Part shown: piece after piece, positions 24,131 through 59,700 of the stretch
Layout: each line of letters begins with the position of its first letter
How positions within the stretch are numbered: the stretch's first letter is position 1
Notes under the pieces: model-generated
The model's database searches: none
Seen by the model: the letters and a program-made list of their open reading frames with translations, nothing else
Told to the model about the DNA's origin: nothing
Assembly (NCBI GenBank): GCA_964016885.1
Contig: OZ024750.1
Span: 23,808,001 to 23,872,000 of the forward strand
Source: Eledone cirrhosa
Taxonomy: Eukaryota
DNA length: 64,000 bases
Direction of reading: 5' to 3'
Program-made: the position numbers and the translations under genes

Positions 24131-26169
24131 AGCAGAAATATATGATGGACAAGACTCTTATCAACAAATTTTATTTCTTAGGAATAAAATTTGTTGATAA
24201 AAGTTTTGTTTTCCACAGCATATATTTCTTATATTCATTCTGCTTCTATCCTCTGCACATTAACTTCACTTTAATATTTAATATTACAACTTTAGGCATT
24301 GAGCATGCTTCATTTTGTTTAATGCATCTAACAATATATCATAATATCTTCTCTGAATTTACGATATATTACATTTATTTATATATATAAACACTGAAAC
24401 AACATACCTCCAGTGGTCAACTGATGAGACGGGACTGTCTTATCTTATTTTCCATTGCCTTCGCCCACCTTTTTTTTATTTATTTTGTATGATTTTAGCC
24501 ATGTGGAATACTTTTTCAAATATATATATACATAAACAGGCTTCTGCACAGTTTCCATCTAGCAAATTTCTCAGACAAGTCATTGGCCAGCTCAAGGCTA
24601 TAGAAAGTCCCACACCATGTTGTTGCTACATGAACCTCTTAATCACACAGCCATACTTGAACATATCCTGAATAGAAATTTAACTCCTGTTAATTATCCA
24701 AACAGTAAAAATATATATTATTTCATGGCAACAGTTGTCCACAAAATTCTCCTTTAAATTAATTCTTACCTGTCGATGACTGCACTTGAGATAATTGTTT
24801 CAACAATAACTCTCTATTATTACAATGTAGTTCAAACAGTTCCATAGATTGAGATCTATAGGCTCCATAGCTCTACAGCTATATAATATTCGTATGTGTT
24901 TATCATCATCGGCCTACTAAATTGCATTGGTCAACCCAGGCCTATAGAAGACTGTCCAAAATGCTACATAATGGAGACTGACCACCTTAACCAAATAGCC
25001 ATTGACCAGAACATTAAGAAATGCTATGAAGTGAAGCTAGTGGTAGTTGTTTAGCCCCAGATTGACCAGACCTATGTTTAAAAATATTCCAGGTACTATC
25101 ATTGTGTCAATTTAGAGATATTTAAGATATATCAGACTTAACTTTTCTGATATCAAACTGTTTATATTTATCTAAAAACATTCAATCGTAATTTTATCTA
25201 AGAATCTTCGTTTCAAATACCAACTGAATCCTGTTGATACCAAATCAACTGGAACTGCCCCCTGGTTCTACAATAATAAGCTGTTTGTTTTTACCCCTTA
25301 GCATTTACATTACTCTATATTTACTATTATATTTTCACTAAATAGGCTTTATCCCCCATAATTATCTCACTTAATATTGAATCAATGAGATTTTGATATT
25401 ATTTATTGAGAACAATACCTGAATATCGGTAAGAACGCCCAGCTACAACCGGTTTGAACAGAAAGTGAGAGAATTCTGGCTGGTTTAAATGCTAAAGGGT
25501 TGATGTGTTTATATTTATCTAAAAACTTTCCATCATAATTTTATGTAAGAACTTTTAAGTTGTGTTTCTAAACACCAACTTAATGATGAAGTTAGTTATA
25601 TTACTAGATCCCTCAAATACATCATTATTTTCAAAATTATTTGATATATAAGCCATGTCTTTCATTAGAAGGTAGTGAAAGAGTTACTGTTCTCTTTTAA
25701 AACAGAAATTGCAACCAGATTGCATCCAATTAACAAGTCAAACTTCTTGTAGAAATATCATCGTTTAACGTCTATCTTCCATGCTAGCATCTGTACATCA
25801 GATTGCTTTTATGGTTTAGCTTTAGGTCAACCCTGATTGACCAGACCTGGAATCAATGGCACTACAGCCGTGACTATCCTGTCTTCTTGGGGTGTCTAGG
25901 AGTAAATCTGTGGAAGAGCTAAAGAAATTCCAGCTTTGGGGATTGAAATTAAACTGAAAAGGGCTTAGAGTAAAATTAATTTTTTTGTGAGTAGGAAACA
26001 AGACCCTGATCTGTTCAATGAAATGGCCTTACTTGATGCATATAGAAAAGGAGTAGGTAGAAACTCTATGCAATGTACATAACTTAAATCTTGCATACAA
26101 AAGCTGTAGTGGGATATCAGGCAGATTTCATATGTAGCTGATGCATAGTGATAGTACTAGGTGCATCAG

Positions 26170-26690
26170 TAAAATAAACATTTTCCAACCCCAGGAAGGC
26201 TCAGTAGTTACCTAGGTGATAGTGAATGAGGTTACTCTGAGAGCATAGTAGCTAGAATAAGAACAGGATGGAAAAAGTTCAGGGAGTTACTACCTTTGTT
26301 GACAAAAGGTTTCTCTGTGAGAAAAAGCCAGCTGTATGATGCTTCATGTTGCACGGCAGTACAGAGGATATACAAAAGTTGGAGAGAAATGAAGCAAGTA
26401 TGCTCCAATGGTTGTGCAATGTTAATATGAATGAGCTGAGAAAAAAGATGGTTATAAGAGGAATCGGATGTAACATGCAGGAGAGAAAACTACACTAATA
26501 TGGATGATGATTGTTAGATGAAGTGCTAATAAATCTCTGTTGAAGGAAGCTGCATCAAAAGGAGACCAAGGAAGACCTGGGCAGAGGTGGTGAGGGCTGA
26601 TCTCAAATTGCTGAAACTCACCAGAGATGGCCAAGGGCTGTGAAGAGTGGCGGGATACTGTACTGGAAAAATGGACGTAAAACGATAAAG
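26170..26690 (+). mobile_element. Degenerate RTE LINE 3' fragment
   Basis: YLGD...RIRTGWKKFRELLPL...GRPRKTWAEVVRADL motifs with stops and frameshifts. Confidence 0.75.
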
Positions 26691-27526
26691 ATACTATAAA
26701 CATTTAATAAAATAAATTTTTAGATATATCATTACACAGTAATGTTAATTAAGGTGTGATTTGGTTACTATACCAAGCAAACATAGATACTTCTCGTCCC
26801 ATTGTTTCTTAAGCCTGTTAATACCAAGCCACATTCTGCTCCCTCGACACACAACTTTATTTTAGTAATTATCATCATCAGAACCATTGAACTTTCCATG
26901 CTGGCATGGGTTGGATAGGGTTTCTTTTAGAGTGTTTTAAAGCCAAAATGTCTTTCCTGACACTAACCTTTTTAGTCACTTCTTATGACATGAAGGGATA
27001 CAGTATGCCTATTCTAAACTGGATACACATTTTAAATAAAACATTTCCATCATAATTCTATAAAATAATCTTTAAGTTATGCTCCAAACACCAGCTTAAC
27101 AATGCCCAAGTTAGTTATATTACTAAATCCCTCAAATTCTTCGTTATTTTAGAAATTATTTGAAAATTATAGATTGTCTTTCATTAGAAATATGGTTGCT
27201 ATGTCTAGTAGATCAAGCAACCCTATATAGAAGCTCCTCCTCTCATTGTCTCAAAAATTATGGTAATTTTGTCTGCTATGAAACACCTGGTGACTACCTG
27301 ATTTTATTACAATTAATAACAGGTTTTTACTGACATGCTTCATGTTACAAATTTTAACACCTTTTTATTGAGGCCATTGTTATGAAAATTATTTCATATA
27401 TTCTTCTAAACAATACTCCATTATACCCTTCATTCTATTATTCCAATCATCTCCATATATTTTGATAATGCTGTTCACCTCTTTGCATTATATTAGTTTA
27501 AGTATTATTTGGTTTTACTATTTACA

Positions 27527-27722
27527 GGATGGTGGTATTGGCAGTATCGGGAGAAGGTCGGATGCCATGCTTTGCATCACAGAGTTACGGCCCTTGCCAT
27601 TCTGAGTTCAAATCCTGCCGAGGTTAACTTTACCTTTCATCCTTACGGGGTCGATAAAATAAAGTACCAGTAATGCACTGGGTAATTTGCTGGCCTTGTG
27701 CCAAAAGTAGAAAATTATTATT
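27527..27722 (+). mobile_element. tRNA-derived SINE, representative copy
   Basis: A box TGGCAGTATCGG, B box GAGTTCAAATCC, body GTTAACTTTGCCTTTCATCCTTACGGGGTCGATAAAATAAAGTACCAGT, (ATT)n tail. Copies at about 1247-1430(-), 30890-31075(-), 35640-35815(-), 41610-41745(-), 49410-49590(+), 60200-60350(-), 63841-64000(-). Confidence 0.85.
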
Positions 27723-28769
27723 TATTAACTATGTTTTGTATTTAGGTCTATGCTATGGTTTGAAGTAAATTAAATAGAAACGGCTTTAACCCTTTAGCAT
27801 TTAAACCAGTTGTATCCGGCCAGAAGTCTCTCACCTCTTTCTGTTCAGTATGAGTAGCTGGCTACGGCCAGTTTGATGTTAAGGTATTTTTCTCAAAATA
27901 AACGTCAAAATCTCATAGATTCGATATTATGTGAGTTAAAGTATTAACTGAAAATATAATAGTAAATATAGAGTCATATAAATGCTAAAGAGTTAATCAA
28001 CTTCAATAAGTTTATATGTATGAATCTGAAACTCCTCATGGAGTTGTAGGGGCGCCACAGTGATACACAGCGTGTATTTCCTGGTCTGAACACAGCCAAT
28101 TTCTTCCAGAGGAGAGGAAGTGAGAAAGAGATAATAGAGGAAGAATTGACATCAGTACTGGACTATCTTTTTTATTGACCTTGATGGAGGCACATGGCTT
28201 AGTGGTTAGAGCATTGGCCTTGCAATCGAAAGGTTGTGAGTTCAATTCTCAGACCGGGTGATGTGTTGTTTCCTTGAGCAAGACACTTTATTTCACATTG
28301 CTTCAGTTTACTCAGCTGTAGAAATGAGATGATAGGGACTGGGGTCCCTATAATTCCACTGTAAAGTGGTCGTGGGGGTGCCACGGCAAAAAAGCACCCA
28401 GCACTCACTGTAAATGCGGTTGGTGTTAGGAAGGGCATCCAGCCAGAATCAGTTCCCGTCTTACCCTTGCAAGCAGGGAAAAGCGGACGTAAAAGGATGA
28501 AAGGCAAAGTTGATCATGGCAAGTTTTAAACCGAAAGAGCCAGAATGAATAACACAAAGTATTTTGTTCAGCGTTGTAACAACTCTGCCAATTTGCCACC
28601 TCTTCAATAACCTGACCAACATATAAACATAGATTGAACATGTCATACGAAAACAAATGCATAACTATGGGCACACACACCCACAGAAATACCAACCCAG
28701 CCGACACAAACTAATGCTGAGATAGATATGAACCAACAACTGTTTTCCATGCTGAAGTAGGGGGTAACC

Positions 28770-29250
28770 TTACAAGATCCTTGACAATGTTGTTCTTGGT
28801 CTTCCCCTATTTCTCTTCACATTCATTTGTATTACTCTCTCACCCAGTCACCCTTCCCCAACCATATTCTATTTCTCTTCACGACATTCATCACTGGCTC
28901 TATTCCCATCATCCTCTGCAATTCATTGTTTTATCTTCCTCTTTCGGATTCCACCAAAACATTCTATTCTCATTTCTGATCTTTCCAGCTTTTTTGCTGT
29001 TCCTTGTTCATCACCCATGTCTCACTCCCACCAATCACAGTACATTTCATACATGCATCATACACCTACCCATTCCATTCTTTCCACCCTTCACTGTTGT
29101 TCTCTGTTCATCACCCATGTCTCACTCCCATAAATCATGGTTCATTTCACACATACACCTGTCCCTTCATTTTCAGTGTCACTAACCCTCCTCAGCATAC
29201 TATTCAGTTCCTGGAACTTCTTCCATGCTCATCTTCCTTTAGTTAATGTC
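28770..29250 (-). mobile_element. Degenerate RTE-like LINE fragment
   Basis: Reverse strand resembles the RT C-terminal region (...RGRPRT), with an internal ~95-bp duplication. Confidence 0.55.
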
Positions 29251-31439
29251 ACCAAGAGAGATACGATGAAGAGTAGATATAAAAAAATTATACTTTCACA
29301 CATCTTTTAAAATCTTTTTCTAAACATTTTTATTTATTTGTTTATTTATTGAAAAAAAAAAAGGTTCCATTTTCAAGGAAAAAGATGTACAATCTGATAA
29401 GGAGGGTCATTGAGGAATTGCATGACATTTTGGCCATTCTCAGATTGTATCACAGAGGTTTGTGGCTTGCTTGGAGATGAATATAATGATACAGTTTGGC
29501 ATGAGGAGGAGGAAGAGACACATACATGAAAGAGAGAAGAGTGATGGATTAAAAAAAAAATACGGAAAAATGAATTTTTTTTTTTTTTTGAAAACTGATG
29601 AATGTAATTTAAAATTGATGAATTTTTAGAGACAGTGGGGGTTAGTGAGGGGGATATTTCTAATTAATCTTTAATGATAAAATAAAACAATGTTATTTTG
29701 CACTAAAACAGGCAAGTCACAAGTGGCCAGTAATAGAACCAAGAGTGCCTTTGGTAGGATAATATGAAGTAACATGTGGCCAAATAGGAGCATACAGTAC
29801 ATGTAGAGAGAGTGTATACAGTATGTATACAGGTGTGTATAGTCATTAACAAATAAGAGTATACAGGGTGTATATGTTGTTAAACTTTTGTCATTTCCAA
29901 CGAGTGCTTTCAGTTGATTCAATCAACGTGTAAGTGGCTGAGCAGCCCACAGACTACCGCACCCGTAACATAGTCCTAACCCTAAACATAGTTCTCAAGG
30001 ATATTCAGCATGACACAATGTGTGACAAGGCTGGTCCCTTAAATTATATGTACAACTCCTTTTTGCTAGCTGAATGGACTGGAGCAATGTGAAATAAAAT
30101 ATCTTGCTCAAGGACACAATGCACTGCCTGGTCCAGGAATCGAACTCACAACTTTATGATTGAGCTGAACAGTCTAACCACTAAGCCACATGCTTTCACA
30201 AGGTGTATATATGTACACATTTGTATATATGTACATACGTATGTATAATCATTGACAGCTAGCAGGCAATTTAAAGGAAATGAAGATATGTCAGGTATTA
30301 TTACTGAAGTAAGACAATATATGAAAGAATTGTAAATTCTTCTTCTGAAGTATTTCTTCTTCCAAGAGAGTTATTAAACCATTCTACTTAACTTGAAATA
30401 CACAAACATTGCATCTGAAGATAACATAGTAACAAAGAGAAGCCAAGTAACTACATAGTTGTGAGGCATTTCCAGGCAAAGCTAATGGTACATCAATATT
30501 TATCTCAAAAACAGCCAGGATTTCACCAGTTTTCAGAAAAAAATAAGGAAAAAAAATCAGATTGAAAATTCGTCCACATTTTTGGGAGGAGAGAGATGGG
30601 GGGTCAGAAATTTTTTTTTCTATAACATAGAAGTTTAAAAAATGATGGGCAGGATATTTTTTGATAAGTTGATGCTTGATAAAAAAAAAAATAAAAAAAA
30701 TCTAATTAGGTCAGCAATTTGTGGGAAGGGAAAGTCAATTATATCATTGGTACTTTATTTTATCAAACCCAGAATGAAAAAGAAAGTTGATCTCAGGGGG
30801 GTTTAAATTCAAAATGTCAAAGGCCATATTTCAAACCCTCCCCAGATCAAGTTGGTCTTCAATAAAATAAAGTACCAGTCAAATACTTGTCTCTACTTTA
30901 GGCATAAGGCCAGCAATTACCCAGTGCATTACTGGTACTTTATTTTATCAACCCCATAAGGATGAAAGGCAAAGTCAACCACGGCGGGATTTGAACTCAG
31001 ATCGCAAAGGGACGTAACTATGATGGAAAGCATGGCATCTGACCCTCTACTGATACTGCCAATCCACCGCCCTTAGTACCAGTCAAATACTGGTGTCAAT
31101 TTTGCCCCTCTTGCTCCCAAAATTGCTGGCCTTGGGCTGGAGATTTGACAAAAACATTGACATAGCTGGCAAAATATTGTAATGAACTGAATATTTATAG
31201 TGAAGAGAAACTATAAACAAATAACAAGAGAGCAACCATTATGTACATACACATGCTGATGGAGGTCTACATACACCATCCTTCTGTCTATAACATAAAA
31301 ACATACAACATAAAAATGCTGCCATGAAATGTTTAACAATAGTAGTAAACAAACAAAAGGTTACACAGCAGAACATGTCTGCAGCAATCAGAGGATCTCC
31401 GCAATCTGAAGTGAAGTCATAAAAAATACTTCTTAATAG

Positions 31440-33330
31440 ATTTGGGGATAATTTAACAAACAAAAAGAAAGAAAGGAGGAGGAGCTCATCATGAAATCAG
31501 ACCAAAGAAAAACAATGTTTCCATTGCTGATACTATCCGCCAATTATCAGATTGAACCAAGAGAAACAATGCTTCCATTAGTCTTTTTAATGTTGATACG
31601 TTCTGCTGATCATCAGATTAAACCAAGGAAACAATGTTTCCATTTGTCTTTCCATTACTGTACTATATATCTGTTGATCCTCAAATTGGACCGAGGAAAC
31701 AATGTTTTCATTAGTCTTTCTAATGCTGATACTATCTGTTGATCATCAAATTGGACCAAGGAAACAATGTTTCCATTGGTCTTTCCATTGCTGTAATATT
31801 TGCCAGTCACAACTCTTGCAGAAAAATTTGAACTCAGAAGAACGAAGTGATCAGGATAAGATTCCCCATCCTATTCATTGACAATTCCACCGCCACCCTT
31901 AGACTGGTACTTTATCGACCCCAAAGGGATGAAAGGAAAAGTTGATCTTGGCAAGACTTGAAACCCAGAGCACAAAGAGCCAGAACAAATACCAAAGTAT
32001 TTACTCTAAGGCCCTAATGACTCTGCCAATTCGCCATCTACAAATAAACAACTTACTACTCAAAGTGAGTAAAAATAAAAGATTTAGGCTGCTGACTTGG
32101 CTGTCAAATAAAACAGTGAGGCTGCCTTCATTTGAAAGGGTTTGGCAACAGCATTGCTTATAATATTGTTAATACACTGCACAATGGAATTAGTAAGGAA
32201 AGCAGTTAGGGCCACCTTGTATTACATGTCTTTACACACAAAGTTATCTGCAAGATATTTTCACACAGAATTAGAAGATTGAAATCAGAAGAAATAGTGA
32301 AGTGGAAACAAAAAAATAGAAAAATAGAAAAAATTAAAATATTCAAATTTCCCTCTTTCAAGTATTTTAGTTTTTTTTTTTTTTTTGTTTTTTTTTTTAG
32401 GTTTGTTTTCATCTTTACTAACATCTAGAAATATCCAGCCATAAAATTTTTTAATTAATGCAATTAAATTACTTGGACAATAAGGGCAGTTAGTAGATCC
32501 AGGGACAGGTTTTGTTATTCCATTTCAGAAAAAGAAAATCTTCAACTTTGTATTGCATTAAAAATGGAAAGAAAAAAAAAAAATTTTAAATAAGGGAAGA
32601 CGTTGAGCAATTTGTATGAGGCTATAAATAAGAGAATGGTGTGTTAAATGAAGTAATATAAATTTGTTTAAAGACCAAACCAGTTGCCATTCATAGGTTA
32701 ACAACCTTTTTTAAACGTCAATATATCTGAAACAATATATGAGATGAGGAGCTGATTGTCAGATCGAACCAAGAAAACAATGTTTCCATTGATGATACTA
32801 TCTGCCGGTCCCAACTCCCAATAACATCTGAAACGATATGAAAGGTGAGGAACCAATCCGCAGATCAGATCAAAGAAACTATGATACTATCTGCCGGTCC
32901 CAACTCCTGGTTACTACGGAAACAATAAGAAAGGAGAGGAGCAGATCATCAGAGCAGACCAAAGAAACTGTTTCTATTTGTCTCTCCATTGATAATACTA
33001 TCTGCTAGTCTCAACTCCTGGCCACTATGGAAACAATATGAAAGGAAAGAAACTGACCATCAGATCAGACAAGAAAACTGTTTTCACTGGTTTTTTTATT
33101 GCTGATACTATCTGTAAGTCAAAACTCCTGGTAACATCTGAAACAATGAGAGGAGAAGAGCTGATCATCAGATCAAACAAAGGAAACAATATTTTCATTG
33201 GTCCTTCCATTGCTGATACTATCTACCAGTGGCAACTATAAAAACAATATGAGAGAACCATGGAAGCTACGTTTCCATTGGTCTTTCCATTGTTGATACT
33301 ATCTGCTGATCACAACTCCTGAAACATTGT
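31440..33330. repeat. Two arrays (31440-31880, 32720-33330) of a degenerate repeat downstream of the SURF4 stop
   Basis: GAGGAGCTGATCATCAGATC.GACCAAGGAAACAATGTTTCCATTGGTCTTTCCATTGCTGATACTATCTGC..GTC.CAACTCC; single relatives at about 34815-34890 and 36190-36270 (inverted). Confidence 0.85.
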
Positions 33331-33362
33331 GCTGAAAATATAAAAACATTCATCTAGAGATG

Positions 33363-33401
<39 letters not shown>

Positions 33402-33982
33402 GTGAGATGGTGTATGTATAAAGAGAAAAATATATTGAAAATTCCCATAAATCGAACTATCTAGGTTTATAAGCAGTATATTTACCAATATTTCAAAACT
33501 GGTTTCCTTTGATATTTTTTAATTTTCTTGTTTTTTTACTTTGGGAAAATATAAATATATATATATGTATACATAAATATATGTATGTGTATGTATATAT
33601 ATAAGCAATACAATGAGTGAACATTAGGCTGTCTTGTTGCAATGGTCGTTAAGTGAGAAGTGGCTGTATTTCACATCTATTTAAGTTGTTTCCTTCTATT
33701 TTCATTTTCTTCTTAAAAACTTCATTTTTTTTTTTCTGATTTCTGATTCTAAAAGTTGGTTAGAGAAGACAGTGTTAGTGGAAGGAAACCAAAAGATTGT
33801 TTGATCCACAACCATTTTAAATGAAAGAATAAGAAAAAAACAAAACTGATGAAGGGGAAGAAAAAAAAAGAAGATACAATAGCCACATATTGAAGCTGGA
33901 ACAACAAGAGGGGAGAGAAGAAGAAGAGGAGGGGGGGAGGTGGAGGGATGGAGGTTCAGCCGGACTGTAATGGTTTGGAAGT

Positions 33983-55207
<21,225 letters not shown>

Positions 55208-55747
55208 GTTGCGGATAAAACTGTAGCGGGTCCTGACAGCTAGATAGAGGTTGAGCGATCTGACAGACCACTTTACAGTTGTGACAGGAGTAAGAGAGAG
55301 ACGTAGTAGAGAGGAGGGTGTAGTCAGCAGTAATTGAGAGAAGCTGGAGCGGTTTCATAAAGCCACGTCTTCCAGCATGGATGACAACAGGAAACTAAAC
55401 ACATTTATCTCCCCTTTCGACAACCCGGCAACTCTAACAAGTATCTCAGTTGGATTCAACTGTCGATTCTACACTTCCTTAACCACACACATTCTATCTC
55501 CTCAATCACAGGACAGTTACCTTCTAAAATTTAAGCACTTTGATATCATTACTAATTTGTAGATAGTTTTTATTCAGTGATATAATAAAACACAACGATG
55601 AGTCAGTGGGGGTGAGATACAATCCTAGAATAGCAGCGTGCCACGTCTTCTGTATACAAAGCCTCGACTTGATATAACATAATGTCGACAGGTATGACGT
55701 CACTAGGCCGGAAGTGTTGACATTCAAAGTGAAGAGAAGGCAACAGA
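55208..55747. promoter_or_regulatory. Bidirectional SURF4/TADA1 promoter region
   Basis: 540 bp between divergent ATGs, repeat-free and CpG-retaining. Contains CRE TGACGTCA (55695-55702), ETS CCGGAAGT (55708-55715), AP-1 TGAGTCA (55599-55605) and GCCACGTCTTC twice (55362, 55640). Confidence 0.75.
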
Positions 55748-55824
55748 ATGGAAGTTAATGTCTCTATCAATCTTAATGTAATTAAGAAAGATTTAACGGA
55801 AGCTTTAGGTGATAGTATTAACTC
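55748..55824 (+). CDS. TADA1: TADA1 exon 1
   Basis: ATG...KKDLTEALGDSIN|gtaagt. Confidence 0.87.
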
Positions 55825-56677
55825 GTAAGTATTTACACACACACACATCTTTTCTTGTATGTTTATTTAGTAGCTTAAAGAAGATCTCACTATATATATA
55901 ATAGTTAAGGTGGTTGTACGGGGTATTGTCAACTGGAGCTGTTGTCATGTGTACTTTCGTTTGCTTATATACATGTGAATATACACACACACATACAGGC
56001 ATATATATATGGTGCTACTGGTAACATGTATCCCAGTACAACCTGTCTCATGGTCGGGTCGTTGGCGACTAAACTGGCAACCCCACCAAGGTTTCTTGGT
56101 GAGGAGGGTGATTTTGGACATCCTGCAGGACTAAAAACAAAACCTGTCAAAGGGCAAAGGAGCTCTTAAGAGTCAATGGCCATCCAAAATCACCGGGAGA
56201 GATGACCCCTTAGCCTTTGTCAAGGCAGAATTCTAGGAGAAGGAAAACTCTGATATAACACCGGCAACCCTGATGGTATCCAATGATGTTGACTTGTTCT
56301 TCTTTTTGGTAAATATCATCTTGGTTAAGAGAGTGGGACTGGCTTTGTGCAATGCCTTTGCTCACTATAAAAGCTTCACGACACAGGCATTGCTTTATAT
56401 CTGGAGATCTCTCTGCACTTGTCGTCACATAGTACCATGGGCCCAGCACTATGTGTCAATAATTGTCACAAGTGTAGTGTTTGTACCGGAGTTTTCAAGT
56501 CGCTGGCTGGACTAAAAAGTCACACTCGTTCAGCTTCGGTAGGGGTCCTCCTACATGGATATAAAGTAGTGGCCGTACTCGAAAACGAGTTGGCAGCCAC
56601 CATATATATATATTTTTAAATGAAAGTATAGAAATTATTGTGAGCATGAAGCCAACAGTATTTCATAATATATAAGT

Positions 56678-56762
<85 letters not shown>

Positions 56763-59700
56763 AGTATATATAAAGTTTAATATAGAAATGGCTTCTACAT
56801 ATATTATATGAGGCCCTTTTCGGTAATAACTGACCATGCAGAAAGAAAGATATTATATTTCGCATTCGGTGTATTAAACATAGTTCCTGTGTTTTACAAG
56901 ATTATGGAGTCAGCGTCAGTTTCAAAGATAAGAACTCCAGTTGTTCTGTCAACGGAATTACCTCAGTTAAATATACAACGTAAAACATGGCTTGTGCCGC
57001 CGATAATGACACTTGTAAAACTGGCTGAATGAGTGGTGTGACGCTATGTGGCAGAGCTAGTCCAGATATTGTCGGGAGAGCTTCTTCTTCACTTAATGGT
57101 AGTGGTTAAAGAAACTTTCCTCAAGGTGCGTTGCAGTAGACTCAGTTCGTAGCTCTCGCTGTTTGCGATACACAGACATATATATGTATATACAAGGTTG
57201 TTTTTGTTTATTTTTGTGATACAAGAACATAATACAACTGTCTAACACCTCATTATGTTAACTTTTTAATGGAGATCTTTATTAAGCGAAATTCTATCAG
57301 CCCTCTGTATATCTTTGTGCAAATACAAACGCACAAGAGTCCACACATGTATATATACATATTCTCATGCCTTTGTTTACTATAATCGTTTAAACAAAAC
57401 ATCCAGTGCGTCTGATTTTTACTTTCATTGAATTACACACTACAACAGGGAATACAGTTGTTTCCCCTCTAAAAACATTTACGACAAGCCAAGACACAAC
57501 ATTACGGCGTTTGATAGCGAGTCTAAGGCACTGGAATAGCCAAACACCCCACGAGCATCACCTGATATTTCAGTAAGGCAAACTGCCAAAAATTACAATG
57601 ACCTTGTTATCAGTGGCCCAGGTCCCCCTAACATCTCGAATGCCACAGACTGAAAAATGTTGTTTGTATTTGAAGTATCTGTCATTCTATCTCAACCCTC
57701 TGATGCTCTCGTTTGTATATGTACGTCCATCAATCTCTACCATTATGCAAATGAGTAAGTGGGGGTAGATTGCAGCATTAGTTCTGGTTCTGAGTTGAAA
57801 TCTCTCCAAGGTCAACGTTGTCTTTCTTCCTTCCGAGGTCAATAAAATAAAGTAGCTATCAAATACTAGGGTAGATTTAATCAGATTCCCTTACCTTCCC
57901 CTAAAATTGCTAGTCTTGTGCTTATAATAGAAACCATTTTACAAATGAGTCGGTACTTCAACACATACTTCTGTGTGACAGATGAAATTTATTGTTCTTG
58001 CTCTTTACATTCTGAGATCAAATCCTGCCAAGGTCAACTTTGCCTTCCGTCCTTCTAGGGTCAATAAAATCATCATCACCGTTTTACGTCCATTATTCCA
58101 CACTAGCATGGGTTAGACGAGTTGACCTGTTGTGGGCACTGCTAGGTCAGGTGACCATATGTTGTTCATACAGAACTGATTTGGGCTTGGTTTCTACAGC
58201 TGGATGCCCTTCCTAATGCCAACCACATTTACAGTAAGTACTGGGTGTTCTTTGTCATGTCACCTACACAATCACTTTACAGTGAGTACTGGGTGCTCTT
58301 TGTCGTGTCACCTACATGACCACTTTCCAGTGTGGGCTGGGGGCTTTTTGTCTTGACACCTACACAACCTCTTTACAGTGGGAGGGTGGAGGGCATAATA
58401 CTGATAAAAATGTAGTGTAAGTGTGTTATCTATTCTGTTAGTGTTGTTTAGCCCTAGGTCAGTCCTGATTGAGCATACCTATGATGTATGTGTAAGTAAA
58501 ATAACATACTGGTCAAGTACTGAGGTCAATATAATGACTTCTCCTCTTCCCCTAATATCACTTGCCTTGTGCCTAAATTATAAATCATCATTTGACGTTG
58601 ATTTTCCTTGCTAGTGATGGTGGTGTTATTATTATTGTTATTATTATCATCATCATCACTCTGTGAGAAGTTCCCAAATTTAATTATTTAACTTGTCTTC
58701 AGGTATCAACAGAGTCTGAAAGCATGGTTTCGACAGAAGGTGAGTTTATAAACTTTATTGTATTCATCTTCATCATTTTACATCCATTTTCTATCTTATC
58801 ATTGGACAAGTTGTCTCAGTCTGAAATAAGACAGTCAAATACTACATCTTGCTCATACATTCCATATTTTGGTATGCTTTCTATAACTGGGTGCCCTTTA
58901 GCACCAATCACTTTACAAAGTGTACTGGGAGCATTTTATTGTGGCACTAACACTAGAAAGGTTATCATGAACTTGGGCAAGACTGAAGATTACTCTCTAC
59001 TTTGTATTGTCTCCATTTGATTGACAAAAGCTTTCCAGAGTGAACTGGATGCATTTTATTATGGCACCAGTTCTGTTACGTAGTCAGCAAAACTGAAAAG
59101 TCCTCTTTACCATGTATTGTTTCTGCTCAATTGCCAAATACTTTGCAGTGTATACTAGGTACATTTTATTTTGGTATCAGCACTACCACATACAGAGTGT
59201 ACTTGGTACATATTATCATGGTACCAGCAATAAAGAGGTTGTCATGTATTCAGCAAGACTGAAGAGCCCTCTCTATCCTTGAAAACTTGTTAAATATTTC
59301 TTTATATTGTAGATGTCTAAAGAAGAATTTGATATGGAAGCTAGGAAAATGCTGAAGGCTGACATGGGTAAGTTACAAAGAACTATTAATTATAACTGTA
59401 ATTAGTTAACATTCCCCATTTGTTTCATTAATTCTACATGTTAATATACCTCATTATCTTTCACTCTGTCATTTTTATTAGGCTGTTTTTTCCTGTGAGG
59501 TCTCAAGTTCTTTCATTAATTAATGTTAAAGAGTTTCTAAAAAATAAAGAAGAAATTTTAAAATATAGAAATTGGCAGTGTCTTAATGGCATCAGATTAA
59601 ATGCTTCATGATTTATTTTAGCTCATTGCATTTTAAGTTCAAATAGTGGGTTGATAAATAAACTACCATTCTAGAATCAGTGGATTGGCAAAATTGCTAA

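Noticed and set aside
27527-27620. tRNA gene candidates (A/B boxes)
   Set aside because: These are SINE heads: no full cloverleaf, and they continue into SINE bodies
55377-55562. 61-aa ORF between SURF4 and TADA1
   Set aside because: No recognisable homology; lies in the promoter region, and the true TADA1 start fits 55748
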